From Bacteroidota bacterium (GTDB lineage Bacteria > Bacteroidota > Bacteroidia > Cytophagales > Cyclobacteriaceae), in contig JAFDYV010000003.1 in the NCBI GenBank assembly GCA_018267275.1, positions 500,361 through 564,360 on the forward strand: a stretch of 64,000 nt of DNA, given 5' to 3'. Within the stretch, counting starts at the first letter, position 1, and every line of letters begins with the position of its first letter. Positions 30,169-41,500 of the stretch are shown here, piece after piece. The notes beneath the pieces were generated by a model, which worked only from the letters and a program-made list of their open reading frames with translations, was not told the DNA's origin and searched no databases. Made by a program: the position numbers and the translations under genes.

Positions 30169-31040
30169 TTTGGTTGTTTTTCTTTTCTTAAGTTGACCAA
30201 GAAACCGAACGCTGCCGCGGTCACAAACATTAACAAACTGTAAAGTGCAGGCGGCACACTCATCATTGAGTTACCAATTACGTTGAGCGCAATGAAGATG
30301 GCCAGCGTGCCATTGTGAATGCCTATCTCCATCCCAATGGCTACAGACTGACGCTTGCTTACTCCCAATAATTGCGGAATAAAATAGCCAACCGCCATAC
30401 TCATTACATTAAAAGCAAGCACCGGCCAACCTAAGCTTGCAAAATGATCGATTAACACTTGCTTCTCGCGAACGGTTACCGAAACGATAATCAACAATAA
30501 TAGCAGGGCAGAAACAATCTTCACAGGTTTGTCCATCTTCGCTGCAAAGGCTTGTGCTTTGTTTTTGATAATCATACCAATAGAAACCGGCATCAGCACA
30601 ATTGCAAACACTTCAATAACCTTGCTGAAAGGCAATGGAATAAATTGACCCGCACCCAAAAACACTTCCATAGAATAATTGACAATCAATGGCAATGTGA
30701 GCAATGCGAGTATGCTGTTCACAGCTGTAAGCGTGATGTTGAGTGCCACATCACCATTGGCCAAATGACTGTACAAGTTTGCGGTAGCACCACCTGGCGA
30801 GGCCGCCAGCAGCATTAGTCCTACGCACATTTCGGGACTTAGGCCACTGAAGCGAGCAATCACATAACACACTATAGGCAACACTAACATCTGGCAAATG
30901 AGCGCAATGGTGATGGCCTTGGGGTATTTTGTTACTCTTTTAAAATCCTCAAGCGTGAGCGACAACCCCAAGCCAAGCATGATAATGCCTAAGGCTATGG
31001 GCAAGAACAAAGTGGTGACTATTGATTGTTGCATATTCAA
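30165..31040 (-). CDS. Bile acid:sodium symporter (BASS) family transporter
   Basis: [29 protein letters not shown] motifs; polytopic. Confidence 0.9.
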   Translation of the reverse strand: MNMQQSIVTTLFLPIALGIIMLGLGLSLTLEDFKRVTKYPKAITIALICQMLVLPIVCYVIARFSGLSPEMCVGLMLLAASPGGATANLYSHLANGDVALNITLTAVNSILALLTLPLIVNYSMEVFLGAGQFIPLPFSKVIEVFAIVLMPVSIGMIIKNKAQAFAAKMDKPVKIVSALLLLLIIVSVTVREKQVLIDHFASLGWPVLAFNVMSMAVGYFIPQLLGVSKRQSVAIGMEIGIHNGTLAIFIALNVIGNSMMSVPPALYSLLMFVTAAAFGFLVNLRKEKQPN

Positions 31041-31172
31041 AGAGTTATTCCATCAACAATTTAAAGTAATTTTTTTCTATTTTGAACTAGTATTCAAAAG
31101 ACCTCAACCAAACGCACTTTTAATTTCAATCAATTCTTAGATTTTGACAAAGCTGAGAAGATGGCCATGGGA

Positions 31173-31214
31173 AACCAAAAAAGCCAGACCATTGATGGCC
31201 TGGCTTTTTTGGTT
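31173..31214. terminator. Intrinsic terminator
   Basis: Perfect 15-bp inverted repeat aaccaaaaaagccag / ctggcttttttggtt just downstream of the M28 gene. Confidence 0.75.
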
Positions 31215-31229
31215 GTTACAATTTTCACA

Positions 31230-32744
31230 CTATTTTTTATCCACAACTAGTCGGCTATCGCGATTGGCCACTTCCCACGCAGTGTAAAATGCAGTGCGCG
31301 CACGCTTGGCGAGCAGATCAAATTCTATTTTACTCACCTCGTCTGTTACCTGATGATAATCTTCATGAATACCATCGAAGAAGAACACAATCGGAATACC
31401 TTTCTTCGCAAAGTTCCAATGGTCAGAACGCTTGTACAAATTAGTTGGGTGCTTCTCATCATTATACAAATAATCGAAGTCTAATTTCTCATATGTCTTA
31501 TTGTTGCGCTCATTGATCTCGTGGAGTTCGCTTGAAAGTTTGTCTGAACCAATCACATACACATAATCTGGTTTACCCTTATGCTCAGGGTCGCGTCTGC
31601 CAATCATGTCGATATTGATGTCTACGACCGTTTTATCCAATGGGAACACAGGATGTTCAGAATAGTACTCTGATCCAAACAGACCTTGCTCCTCGCCCGT
31701 CACCGTCATGAATAAAATACTTCTTCGGGGACCTTTGCCATCTTTCTTGGCTTGCGCAAATGCTTTTGCTATTTGAAGCACCGACACTGTGCCCGAACCA
31801 TCATCATCTGCTCCATTGTTAATTTGGTCGCCTGTCGTGCCATCGTTCTTGCCGATATGATCGTAGTGCGAGGTAATTACAACCACTTCATCTTTCTTAT
31901 CGGTGCCTTCCATAAAGCCCAAGATGTTTTCAGACTTTACATTGGCCACCGACATATTTACCTGATAGCTGAGCTTTGCAGCCTTCACTTTTTTCAATTT
32001 CTTTTTGGCGACATCCTCTTTCGCAAGTTCTTCAAGCTTAGCCAAGTTGGTTGCAAAAATCTTTTCGGCTGCTAGGGGATTCAAAAAGAAAACTCCTTTG
32101 TTCGGGTTGTCTGGATTTGGTTTTTCTAAGGTGAGATTTCCTCCAGACAAATAACCTTGCAGCTGTGAAGCAGGAACTTTAAATTCTTCTGCTGTGCCTT
32201 TCGGAATAAAGAAAACCATTTTCGCGCCTTTGTCGCGGGCGGCAGCCGCCAACTTGCGCAAGCCAGACAAAAGCCCCAATGAAAATGGCTCGGTAATAAT
32301 CGCCACCGACTTGTCTTTTACTTCCAAGTACGCCAAGTCAGCTTCGGTGCCGTTGCCGGCAAAAACTACTTCAGTAGCCACTTCTCCGCCACTGTCTGCC
32401 GAGCCCAGGTAAACGATTTCGCTAAAGTTAGAAAACCTTGTCGCGCCCGCCTTCACATAGATATCACCGGGCTTTACCGAATACAAATCAACGGGCATGT
32501 AGTGCGAGCCATTTACCGGTCCCGCTAAACCTAGCTCGCTAAAATAATTACTGATGAAAGCCGCTGCCATCTTCTGGCCACGGGTCCCTGTCTTTCTGCC
32601 CTCCAATGCATCTGAGGCGAGAATCGAAAGATTGTCTTTCAACTCGGGCTCAGTAATAATGCCGGCATATTTGCTGACAGTAGCATCTTGTGCATTTGAA
32701 AAAATCGAAATGCATAGAACAACAAATGTGTAAAACTTCCTCAT
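31230..32744 (-). CDS. M28 family aminopeptidase with PA domain
   Basis: LASDALEGRKTG, SHYDHIG, NGADDDGSG, TGEEQGLFGS, RSDHWNF, HEDYH. Confidence 0.9.
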   Translation of the reverse strand: MRKFYTFVVLCISIFSNAQDATVSKYAGIITEPELKDNLSILASDALEGRKTGTRGQKMAAAFISNYFSELGLAGPVNGSHYMPVDLYSVKPGDIYVKAGATRFSNFSEIVYLGSADSGGEVATEVVFAGNGTEADLAYLEVKDKSVAIITEPFSLGLLSGLRKLAAAARDKGAKMVFFIPKGTAEEFKVPASQLQGYLSGGNLTLEKPNPDNPNKGVFFLNPLAAEKIFATNLAKLEELAKEDVAKKKLKKVKAAKLSYQVNMSVANVKSENILGFMEGTDKKDEVVVITSHYDHIGKNDGTTGDQINNGADDDGSGTVSVLQIAKAFAQAKKDGKGPRRSILFMTVTGEEQGLFGSEYYSEHPVFPLDKTVVDINIDMIGRRDPEHKGKPDYVYVIGSDKLSSELHEINERNNKTYEKLDFDYLYNDEKHPTNLYKRSDHWNFAKKGIPIVFFFDGIHEDYHQVTDEVSKIEFDLLAKRARTAFYTAWEVANRDSRLVVDKK

Positions 32745-32821
32745 GTTTTTTATGATGGTTTGATTACAGAAAAGTTAAGGTGCGAAGGTAGTAGAATATT
32801 TGATTCGCTTGAATGGCTTTA

Positions 32822-33982
32822 TTAGAAGCGGCTCTTCCTCCACAAGTCGATGGTGCTATACCATGCTTCCATAAATCGCTTGTCGCGAAGGAGGACATAA
32901 TTGTCAGCATCGTAAATACTGCCCGCCTTTACAAAAGTGAAGCGTGAGTTAGTGCCACGATAGTACCAAACTTCGTTTCCTTGGTTTTTAGAGATTTCGT
33001 CCGGTACTCCAAAAATCAAGTAAATCATTCCACGGTCGGTTTTCCAGCCCTCTTTGAAAGAAGAAAAATAGCGGTTGGCCAATTCTACACGTTGAAAATA
33101 GCTGCGCATGAAATTACGCGCACGGTCTTTGTCGCGGGTAATGTCCAATATCACTTTGTCAAACTTGGGTTTGTCGTTCTTCGCCTCTACCAGTTTTTTA
33201 AATTCATCGGGCGTGGTAACAAATAGCAGTGGCCAAATCAAATCCTCGATCTTCACTAACTTTGGATAACTGGGATCGTTAGCCCGCAAGGCAAATCCTT
33301 CTGCTGCCGAAGTGTCTTGCTGAAACAAGTAAAGACCTTCGCGCTTTGGCGAGAACGTACTACCCTGGGTTAACTGAAAGGTGGAATCGTAAAACAAAAA
33401 CTGATCGGTAGGCGAAGCCTTTTCAGAGAAAGGTGGCAGTGGCGGTGAAAAGTCGCGCTTGTAGAATGATACATAGGTAACTTTCCCCGTGGCATTTTGC
33501 ATGGTGTAGCTCTTGCCTGTTTGTAAATAGTTATCGGTGAGCCATGATTCGTTGCCGGTGATCCAGCCGGAGGTGGGGTAAATTGGTTCCATTACACGGA
33601 AGTAGTACCAGGCTTTTTGCGTTTCGTTGTTGACCACTTTCGCCAGCAACAACCAAGCTTTTGCCGGCATGTCAAATGTAATTTCTCCTTTCCGCAGGTT
33701 GGTGTTTGAGAATACTACGGAATCCTTCTCATTGACTGGCACCACTTCGCGCGAAGAGAATGCAGCACGTTTCTCCCACTGAATGGAGTAGCGCTCAATA
33801 CCCGGGTTCAAGGAACGCAGCGAATAATGAATGAGCAACTGATTGGGCGCGCGCACCAACTTTATCTGTAAGTCAACTTCGTTTTGCGGATTGTACCAAT
33901 GGCTGAAATTCAAACCCGTAATGGCCTGGCCATGCCCTAACAATGCGCTGGCCAAAAGGGCCACAAACATCAATCTCTTCAT
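32822..33982 (-). CDS. GWxTD domain-containing protein
   Basis: RVELANRYFSSFKEGWKTDRGMIYLIFGVPD; signal peptide. Confidence 0.9.
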   Translation of the reverse strand: MKRLMFVALLASALLGHGQAITGLNFSHWYNPQNEVDLQIKLVRAPNQLLIHYSLRSLNPGIERYSIQWEKRAAFSSREVVPVNEKDSVVFSNTNLRKGEITFDMPAKAWLLLAKVVNNETQKAWYYFRVMEPIYPTSGWITGNESWLTDNYLQTGKSYTMQNATGKVTYVSFYKRDFSPPLPPFSEKASPTDQFLFYDSTFQLTQGSTFSPKREGLYLFQQDTSAAEGFALRANDPSYPKLVKIEDLIWPLLFVTTPDEFKKLVEAKNDKPKFDKVILDITRDKDRARNFMRSYFQRVELANRYFSSFKEGWKTDRGMIYLIFGVPDEISKNQGNEVWYYRGTNSRFTFVKAGSIYDADNYVLLRDKRFMEAWYSTIDLWRKSRF

Positions 33983-34065
33983 AACTCCAAACGATTACTA
34001 AATGCATTCAACATTTAGAACGTTAAATTTAGGCAATTCGGCTATTTTTGCCGACAACTTTTTTT

Positions 34066-34839
34066 ATGTCTGTATTCACCACCGAAATCGCCTCTGACTC
34101 ATTGCCCTCTGATAACCCCATCCACCAGCGGTTGCTGAAAGCCTATGTACTGGCCGCTGAACTTGTAGCTGGCGATGTGTTGGAAGTGGGCTGTGGCGAA
34201 GGCCGCGGCATTAACTGGCTGCTCCCAAAAGTAAAGTCTTTAGCAGCCATCGATAAGATCGATGCTATTATTGGCAACTTGAAGAACAAGTACCCGCAGG
34301 TGGCGTTCACGTCCGATTTCATTCCGCCATTTAAGCCCTATGCTAATGATGCATTCGATTGGGTGGTGAGTTTTCAGGTGATTGAACACATTGAGGATGA
34401 CCATTTTTATTTGCGCGAAATACATCGAGTTTTAAAACCTGGCGGCCGCGCTTTAATCACCACACCCAACCGGCCCATGTCACTTTCGCGAAACCCTTGG
34501 CACGTACGAGAATACACTGGGGTAGAACTTGCCGGCATTGCGAAAAAATATTTCTCAGAAGTGCAGATGAAGGGCTTAGGTGGCAACGACAAAGTGATGA
34601 CTTACTACCAGCAAAACAAACAAGCGGTAGACCGCATAATGCGGTGGGACGTGCTGGACCTGCAACATCGACTGCCCGCCTGGATGCTACGCCTACCTTA
34701 CGAAATTTTGAACAGAAGAAACCGCAACGGACTGAAAGGTCAAGCAAACGACTTGGTATCAAGTATCACCCATCACGACTATCTTTTGCAACCAGATGCT
34801 ACAAACGCGCTTGATCTTTTCCTTGAAGTGAGGAAGTGA
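34066..34839 (+). CDS. Class I SAM-dependent methyltransferase
   Basis: VLEVGCGEG, FDWVVSFQVIEH, VLKPGG..LITTPN; ATG at 34066 downstream of TATTTTTG (34043-34050) -7-like box. Confidence 0.9.
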   Translation: MSVFTTEIASDSLPSDNPIHQRLLKAYVLAAELVAGDVLEVGCGEGRGINWLLPKVKSLAAIDKIDAIIGNLKNKYPQVAFTSDFIPPFKPYANDAFDWVVSFQVIEHIEDDHFYLREIHRVLKPGGRALITTPNRPMSLSRNPWHVREYTGVELAGIAKKYFSEVQMKGLGGNDKVMTYYQQNKQAVDRIMRWDVLDLQHRLPAWMLRLPYEILNRRNRNGLKGQANDLVSSITHHDYLLQPDATNALDLFLEVRK

Positions 34840-34865
34840 TTCATTCACTCCAAATTTAGTTCATA

Positions 34866-34895
34866 AAAAAAGCAGTCCCTTAAGACTGCTTTTTT
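34866..34895. terminator. Bidirectional intrinsic terminator
   Basis: aaaaaagcagtc / gactgctttttt perfect inverted repeat between convergent genes. Confidence 0.8.
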
Positions 34896-34917
34896 CTATA
34901 ACTAACTACTATGTCAT

Positions 34918-37869
34918 TTATCGATCACCGCGCTCACTCCTGATTTGCAATGCGGCCATCATCGCCTCAGATGCATCTTCATATTTTTTGGCTAAGTCAT
35001 TTTCGCCATTTTGGTAGAGAGTGCGTTGCAACGCATTTAACACAAAAATGCTCTTACGCATGTCTGAAATGCCGCGACCTTCGCCCATCAAGTAGTTACC
35101 CATCGTGATTTCGCGGTCGCCCACCACCTTGGCCATTTCTATGGCCTTGTCTTTTTCGCCCACCTGAAACAGAAGGTCAATCGTTTCAGGTGCGGTGTGA
35201 TCGTATGGAATCACGTTATCAGGCATTTTGGCCAGGGAGAACATCAGCAATTTGTCCGCCTTTTCCATTTTACCTTCATCAATCAGTGCTTGCGCCAAGG
35301 CATTGAATGAACTGCGGTGGTTAACTACAAAACCACGGTAATCTTCGGTATAGTATATCTTAGGATTGTCTAATCCGCGGTAACGGAATTTATTCATCAT
35401 AATGTCCATGCTACGCTCAGTGTCCACCAAATAGTCGCGGTCTTTGCGTGGGTTGCGCACTGGCAATATGCGGTAAGCATTGCCCTCTTGAACGGCATAA
35501 GGACTTAAGTCGATATTGATTTGCGCCATAGAAGTATGGTTCAAATAAATCGGACGTTCCCAATTGTTGGTTACCAGTAAATCCAACAGGGCGAGGTCTT
35601 TCTTTTCAAGACCGCCTTTAGTCATGCGGATTTGCATTTGGTCTACCACCAGGCTATCCATGCCTGCAGGAATAATGCCTTTGGCCAACACGGCTTGTCT
35701 ATCAACATTCAGCGTGAACACACGGCTGGGCACTAGGTTGCGGCCGCCATCTCTCAACCGTTTGTCGTCCTTGGCAAGTAACTCGATGTACTGCTTTGCA
35801 TCAATGCTCGGGATTTTAAAATCAGCAAACGGCAAATAATCGTTCGGGCCGCCTTGTTGGTATTGTTTGAGCGAAAGAGAATATTTGAACGGCTCAGATT
35901 TATACGCCTTCCGCATAGTTTGATCAATGTACCAGTCAGTGTTATAATAGCTCAAAACAATCACACGTAGGTCATCACGAAAGCCTTCTGTTTCTTGAGC
36001 ATACCACAGTGGGAAAGTATCATTATCGCCACCGGTGAAGATGATGCCGTTTGGCGCACACGAATCTAAATAGTTGGTGGCCGAATCAACCGAGAAAAAG
36101 CGATCAGAACGGTTGTGGTCATCCCAGCCATCTTTTGCCATCAATGCAGGGGCAGACAAGCCCACCAACGTGGCTATGATAACAGCTGTTTTACCGGTTT
36201 TGAAAATATTCTGGAAAATTTCTGTAAGCCCAATTACTGCAAGACCAATCCACATCGCAAAGGCATAATAGCTACCCGCATAGATGTAATCACGCTCGCG
36301 CGGTTCAGTAGGTGGTGAGTTCAAATAGATCACGATTGCTACACCAAGCATGATAAACAAAAGTGCTACTACCGAGAAATTTTGTGTGTCTTTATTGAGT
36401 TGATAGAACATACCCACCAATCCTAAAATGAATGGGATCATGAAGAAGTTGTTGCGACCCTTGTTTTCAGCCAATTGCGGTGGTACTTTTTTAAACGAAT
36501 CGAGCGGGCTTAACCAATCGGCTCCCTGCTCATCACTTTCGCGACCAACAAAATTCCACATGAAATAACGGCCATACATCCAACCAATTTGGTGCTTGAA
36601 CATATACGCGAGGTTCTGCCCAAATGTGGGCTTCTGTCCTTCCTGTAAACCCATGATACTCTCATATGCATCTTTCCCCTCGGGGTACCACATACGCGGA
36701 AGAATCGTCATCTGGCTAGGATCGTACACATATTCAATTTTTTTATCTGTTGCCTCATAACGGTCTTTTCCTTTCGTCCACACCGTTTCGGTTTCTTTGT
36801 AATCGATGACCTGTGCAGTGAAGTATGCACCATACGCCAATGGGCGACTGCCATATTGCTCGCGCTTGAGGTAACGCACAAAGCTCATCACATCTTTGGG
36901 TGCATTTTCATTAATGAGCGTATCATAATCCGACCGGATCAAGATGGTGGTGTAAGAGGCATAGCCAATCAATACAAAAGTGGTAGCAAGCAAAAAGGTG
37001 TTCCAAACCGTGTAATTCTTCTTCTGGGTATAACGAATGCCAAACACCAGCGCGGCCACCAGCAATAAGGTAAAAAACAAAGCACCTGAACCGAACGGCA
37101 GGCCAAAAGTATTTACAAACGAAAGTTCAAATACGCCCGCTATGGTTGGCAAGCCTGGCACGATGAAATCATTGATGAACAACACAATGGCAACGCTGAT
37201 AAACAACGCAGTCACAATACCCCAAAACGTGGGTTTGAATTTTTTGAAATAATAGATCAGACCTAAGGCTGGCACCGTTACAAGGTTAAGCATGTGCACG
37301 CCAATGGAAAGACCCATCATGTAGGTTACCAACAACAGCCAACGATTGGCCTTACTTTCGTCTTCAATTACATCCCACTTTAATACGCCCCATACTACAA
37401 ACGCGGTAAAGAAAGATGACATCGCATAGACTTCCGCCTCTACTGCAGAGAACCAAAATGAATCGGAGAAGGTGTAGGCCAAAGCACCAACGGCACCTGC
37501 GCCCATCAGCATCCAAATTTGATTTTCCGTAAGGTCTTTCTCAGCCGGGTTGCCTATCATTTTGCGGCCAAATAGCACGATGGTCCAAAACAAAAACAGA
37601 ATGGTGAAAGCGCTTGCCAGTACGCTCATAAAGTTGATCCAGTAGGCCACTTGGGTGACATCGCCAAACGCGAGAAAGGAAAACATTCTACCCAACAACA
37701 AAAACAGAGGTGCCCCTGGTGGGTGTGGCACTTGTAGCTTATACGATACCGCAATAAACTCACCGCAGTCCCAGTAGCTGGCGGTTTCCTCCATGGTGAG
37801 CCAATATGTAATCAGGGCCACGGCAAACATGGCCCAACCGGTAATGTTGTTTATCTTTTGAAACTTCAT
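34918..37869 (-). CDS. DUF2723 family membrane protein (TMEM260-like, putative GT-C glycosyltransferase)
   Basis: ASYWDCGEFIA, VPHPPGAPLF, FWFSAVEAEVYA, RERDYIY, FTGGDNDTFPLWY. Confidence 0.88.
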   Translation of the reverse strand: MKFQKINNITGWAMFAVALITYWLTMEETASYWDCGEFIAVSYKLQVPHPPGAPLFLLLGRMFSFLAFGDVTQVAYWINFMSVLASAFTILFLFWTIVLFGRKMIGNPAEKDLTENQIWMLMGAGAVGALAYTFSDSFWFSAVEAEVYAMSSFFTAFVVWGVLKWDVIEDESKANRWLLLVTYMMGLSIGVHMLNLVTVPALGLIYYFKKFKPTFWGIVTALFISVAIVLFINDFIVPGLPTIAGVFELSFVNTFGLPFGSGALFFTLLLVAALVFGIRYTQKKNYTVWNTFLLATTFVLIGYASYTTILIRSDYDTLINENAPKDVMSFVRYLKREQYGSRPLAYGAYFTAQVIDYKETETVWTKGKDRYEATDKKIEYVYDPSQMTILPRMWYPEGKDAYESIMGLQEGQKPTFGQNLAYMFKHQIGWMYGRYFMWNFVGRESDEQGADWLSPLDSFKKVPPQLAENKGRNNFFMIPFILGLVGMFYQLNKDTQNFSVVALLFIMLGVAIVIYLNSPPTEPRERDYIYAGSYYAFAMWIGLAVIGLTEIFQNIFKTGKTAVIIATLVGLSAPALMAKDGWDDHNRSDRFFSVDSATNYLDSCAPNGIIFTGGDNDTFPLWYAQETEGFRDDLRVIVLSYYNTDWYIDQTMRKAYKSEPFKYSLSLKQYQQGGPNDYLPFADFKIPSIDAKQYIELLAKDDKRLRDGGRNLVPSRVFTLNVDRQAVLAKGIIPAGMDSLVVDQMQIRMTKGGLEKKDLALLDLLVTNNWERPIYLNHTSMAQINIDLSPYAVQEGNAYRILPVRNPRKDRDYLVDTERSMDIMMNKFRYRGLDNPKIYYTEDYRGFVVNHRSSFNALAQALIDEGKMEKADKLLMFSLAKMPDNVIPYDHTAPETIDLLFQVGEKDKAIEMAKVVGDREITMGNYLMGEGRGISDMRKSIFVLNALQRTLYQNGENDLAKKYEDASEAMMAALQIRSERGDR

Positions 37870-38014
37870 AATTGGAAATGAAGGGGCGAAAATAGGGAAA
37901 TAAACGCAGTTTTTGGTTCTTGGTTTAACAACGACTTTGAAAGGAAAATTATATCGACAAAGTCTTGTAATTATTCACTCGATTGGGATACTGATAGGCA
38001 GAAAAAAGAGTGCA

Positions 38015-38045
38015 TTTGTAAATTATCCACGAATCCCTACTTTTG
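38015..38045 (+). promoter_or_regulatory. Bacteroidota primary-sigma promoter (-33/-7)
   Basis: TTTG (38015-38018) - 19 nt - TACTTTTG (38038-38045) matches TTTG-N19-21-TAnnTTTG; 23 nt before ATG 38069. Confidence 0.7.
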
Positions 38046-38068
38046 CCGTGCTTCCGCGAATAAAAAGA

Positions 38069-38407
38069 ATGAAAAAAGAGGTAAAAAGGCATATTTCAAT
38101 GGCTGTTGGCATATTGGCCGTAGCTGTGATTGTGCTGACCCAATCTTTTTATCAGCCAACGCACATCACACAAAAGAAAGATGCAGGGACCGAGCAGACG
38201 GGCGCCAATAGCAAGACGGTTGTAAGCGCGCCATCTGATTTGAGCAACCCCACCAACGGTGGCGCTGTGCAATCGCATACCCCTGGCATCATTGACGAAA
38301 TATCGCCTAGCCCTAAGCCTGAAAAAATCTCACAGGTGGTGCGTAAAACCACCATTCAGTTTTTCAAAACACTGTTCCGGGCATTTATCTCGCCCAACGC
38401 GCCCTAA
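38069..38407 (+). CDS. Small membrane-anchored protein upstream of secDF; candidate translation-arrest leader peptide
   Basis: 112 aa; basic N-terminus, hydrophobic ISMAVGILAVAVIVL, low-complexity linker, C-terminus FFKTLFRAFISPNAP-stop. Confidence 0.65.
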   Translation: MKKEVKRHISMAVGILAVAVIVLTQSFYQPTHITQKKDAGTEQTGANSKTVVSAPSDLSNPTNGGAVQSHTPGIIDEISPSPKPEKISQVVRKTTIQFFKTLFRAFISPNAP

Positions 38408-38504
38408 TTGTAGCCTTTAATTCTCAAGTTCAACAATCTGCCGTATTGGGGGTTGTCTTCTGTTTATCTATTTATTAATTCTCAATTTTCTTACTCATCA
38501 TTTT

Positions 38505-41500
38505 ATGAAAAACAAAGGAGTCGTAGTAGTACTCACCGTACTCATCACATTGTTGTGTTTGTACTACTTGTCATTCACATTTATTTCGCGCGGCATCCGC
38601 GAAGATGCCATCAAATATGCCACTTCAAAAGATGGATCGGTTGATCTTTCCAAGAAGCAACGTTACCTCGATTCGCTCTGGAACAAGCCCGTGCTCAACC
38701 TGTTTGGTGCTGAGTACACCTACAAGCAAATCAAAGAATCTGAGCTAAACCTTGGGCTTGACTTGCAAGGCGGTATGCACGTGGTGTTAGAAATTTCACC
38801 TGCAGATATCATCCGTGGGTTGAGCGACAACAACCAAGACCCTGCATTTATTGCTGCATTGCAAAAGGCCAATGAACTAGAAAAGAAAAGCACCGACAGC
38901 TACAGCAGTCTGTTCTACCAAGCGTATAAAGAAGCGAATCCCAACGCAAAGCTTGCTCCTTTGTTTGCGTCAACGGCTAACAAAGAGCGTGTGAAAATTA
39001 CTGATGCCGATGACAAGGTGCTAAAGTTCTTAGATGAAGAAATTGAAAACGCGATTGAACGATCATTCACCATTTTGAAGACGCGTATCGATCAGTTTGG
39101 AACTTCACAACCCAACATTCAACGTCTGCAAGGCACCAAGCGTATTCAGATTGAGATTCCCGGAGCCGATAACCCACAGCGCGTGCGAAAATTATTGCAA
39201 AGCGCAGCTCGCTTAGAGTTTTGGGAAGTGGTAGAGCCTGCCATGGATATGCAATTAAGCACAGCACTGACGGCTATTAACCAAAAGTTGATCAAAGAAC
39301 AAAACGAGAAGAAAACTACCGATTTAGGTAGCACGAGCACGACTGCACCAGAAAAGGCAGCGGCAAAAACTGGTACCACCAAATCTGCGCTTGAACAAGC
39401 GTTGAGCAAAGTGGATAGCAGCGGTACCAACAAGTTAGATTCATTGCGTGCAGCTACTACTTCTCCGCTTTTTGCGTTGAGCAATCCGCCCATGGCATTC
39501 CGCTATGACCTGAAAGACACTTCAGCGATCAACCAAATATTGAAGCGTGAAGACATCAAGGCGCTATTCCCCAGAAACATATTTGCACGCTGGGATGTAA
39601 AAGCAGACAACCAAACCGTGCCGGGTGCCGAGCTATTGCAGTTAAACTTTTTGACTGCGAACCGAAGCGGCAAGCCGCTGTTGAGTGGCGAAGTAATCAA
39701 TGATGCTCGTTTGGCCAGCGATGAATTTGGTCGCCCGGCTGTGAGCATGACCATGAATGCGTCTGGTTCAAAAGTATGGGCGAAGGTGACGGCTGCAGCT
39801 TCTGCAAAACAACCTCGCGGAAGAATTGCCATTGTACTCGACAACTATGTGTATACTGCTCCCAGCGTAAATGGCGAAATTCCAAATGGTAACTCGCAAA
39901 TCAGCGGAAACTTCACGAGCGAAGAAGCAAAAGATTTGGCGAACGTGTTGAAGGCAGGATCATTGCCCGCTCCTACTCGTATTGTGGAGAGCGCGATCGT
40001 GGGTGCATCGCTGGGTAAAGTAGCGCAGAACCAAGGTTTCATCTCTATGGCATGTGGTTTGGCCATTGTAGTCATCTTCATGGTAGCCTATTACTCAAAA
40101 GGCGGCTGGGTGGCTAACCTGGCTTTGCTGTTCAACATCTTCTTTATTTTGGGGATTCTGGCACAGCCTACCATTGGTGCTGCACTCACATTGCCGGGTA
40201 TTGCAGGTATCGTGCTTACCATGGGTATGGCAGTAGACGCAAACGTATTGATTTACGAGCGCATTAAGGAAGAGCAACGCCAAGGCCGAAAATTACTCGA
40301 TGCCATCCGCAAAGGATATGAACGCGCGTTCTCATCTATCTTCGACTCTAACATCACAACGTTTTTGACTGCGATGTTCTTGTTTATTTTTGGACAAGGG
40401 CCATTGAGAGGATTTGCTGTGGTATTGATGATCGGTATCGCCACTTCATTCTTCTCAGCAGTTTACATTTCACGTGTCATCATTGAGTGGATGACCCGCA
40501 AAGGCGAAGAATCGAAAATCAGTTTTGAAACCGGATTGGCCAGCGGTGTGCGCGAGCGCAAGCACTTCAACTTTATCGGTAACCGCAAAATCGCCTACAT
40601 TTTCTCAAGCACGGTAATTGTAATTGGATTTGTATTAATTGCGATACAAGGTTTGAACTTAGGTGTAGACTTCAAAGGCGGCCGTTCATACAAGGTAACT
40701 TTCAACAAGCCAGTAGTAGCGACTGACATGAGGGTTTCACTTGCGCAAAGTTTCCAAAACTCAAGCACTGAAGTAAAGAACTTTGACAGCGACCGTGTAA
40801 TGAAGGTGACCACTTCTTACCTGATCGATGACGAAACAGATGCAGCTGACGATAAAGTGCGCGCTGCCTTGATTGAAGGTGTGAAAAAATTCAGCGGCCT
40901 TGAGTACGCTGAAAATGACGCCACTGTGGATGACAAACATTTTGCAATCTCGTCTTCCTCGAAAGTAGGCGCTACCATTGCAGATGATATCAAAGATTCG
41001 GCTTTTGAAGCAGGCTTGTATTCTATTATCGCAATTTTCTTGTATATCCTAGTTCGCTTTAGAAAATGGCAATACAGCACAGGTGCGATTGTTGCGTTGA
41101 TCCACGATTCGTTATTTGTATTTGCTACTTTCGGTATTTGTCGTGCGATTGGTATTTCTTTTGAAATTGACCAAGTGTTTGTAGCAGCGGTGCTGACCGT
41201 AATTGGTTACTCGATCAACGACACGGTAATTATCTTTGACCGTATCCGTGAGTTTATCAACTTCGGTTCATCGCACGATCGCAAGCAGATTTTTAACGAT
41301 GCGATCAATAGCACGCTGAGCCGAACGCTCATTACCTCAGGCACAACATTGATTGTGGTAGTAGTGTTGCTATTCTTCGGTGGCGAAGTATTGCGAGGCT
41401 TTTCATTTGCGTTGTTCATCGGCATTGTGATCGGTACTTACTCGTCCATCTTTATTGCCGCACCAATTGTGATTGACTTCGACAAGAAGGAAGAGGCAAA

